NCBI GenBank assembly: GCA_051362555.1 | Contig: CM120640.1 | Location: forward strand, 36,165,967-36,229,966 | DNA: 64,000 nt | Origin: Lingula anatina | Taxonomy: Eukaryota; Animalia; Brachiopoda | Direction of reading: 5' to 3' | Part shown: positions 63,701 to 64,000 of the stretch, in pieces | Numbering within the stretch: position 1 is the stretch's first letter | Layout: each line of letters begins with the position of its first letter | Notes under the pieces: generated by a model | Database searches by the model: none | What the model was told of the DNA's origin: nothing | The model's input: the letters and a program-made list of their open reading frames with translations, nothing else | Translations under genes and position numbers: made by a program

Positions 63701-64000
63701 ACCATTCTCCAGCTGCTAGCTTCCTATGAACATTCACACTGGCAAGGAGACATTCAGAACTCCATTGTTAATAGTGTCTTAAACACTGCTTGATTTCCTA
63801 TTGCAACTGGTGAGCAGAAAATAAAAACTACTCCCAATTCCAGGTCAAGTGTGTATTATTTCTTAAGCTGATTTAATCTGAGAAAAACAAAACCACCACC
63901 ACCTTCTTGACAAAGGCACTCGATTATGACACACGTTGAGTCAAAAAGTTTCTCACCTTCTCTGCCTCTTTCTCTTGCTGAGCCTTTGTCTTAATTCTGT
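57757..64000 (-). CDS. CECR2: CECR2-like bromodomain chromatin regulator; 5'-partial
   Basis: Exons 5'->3': >64000-63957, 63303-63165, 62844-62739, 62448-62411, 61963-61872, 61163-61037, 60792-60572, 60192-59920, 59681-58332, 58124-57989, 57779-57757 (TAG), frame-continuous. A charged coiled-coil ([13 protein letters not shown]) precedes the bromodomain [45 protein letters not shown]...[32 protein letters not shown], which closely resembles CECR2 as I recall it (VKAHKDSWPFLEPV...CFHRAM). Long Q/P/V-rich low-complexity tail. Confidence 0.88.

Overview
AT-rich, intron-containing animal genomic DNA, probably a marine invertebrate such as a mollusc (inference from gene content and repeat types). 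I reconstructed three spliced genes by hand from GT-AG sites and frame continuity. (1) + strand, <315..14885: the 3' part of a VWD/EGF-domain (VWDE-like) type I membrane protein. Its stalk is built from 18 one-exon-per-repeat Cys/Trp modules (17 exons of exactly 111 nt, all phase 0), followed by a TM helix and a Tyr-rich tail ending in PPPDY. (2) - strand, 27207..55750: a complete BRSK/SAD-family kinase with 20 exon positions, a duplicated 52-nt mutually exclusive exon pair, and a C-terminal DKV PDZ-ligand. (3) - strand, 57757..>64000: the 3' part of a CECR2-like bromodomain protein. The 16-25.5 kb interval has no recognisable protein gene. It holds two inverted, inward-facing copies of a promoter-like module (D-box plus E-box), a putative spliced non-coding transcript and a G-rich 34-bp minisatellite. 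MITEs (one nested), Helentron-like elements and an RTE LINE fragment sit in introns. No rRNA, tRNA or CRISPR feature is supported.
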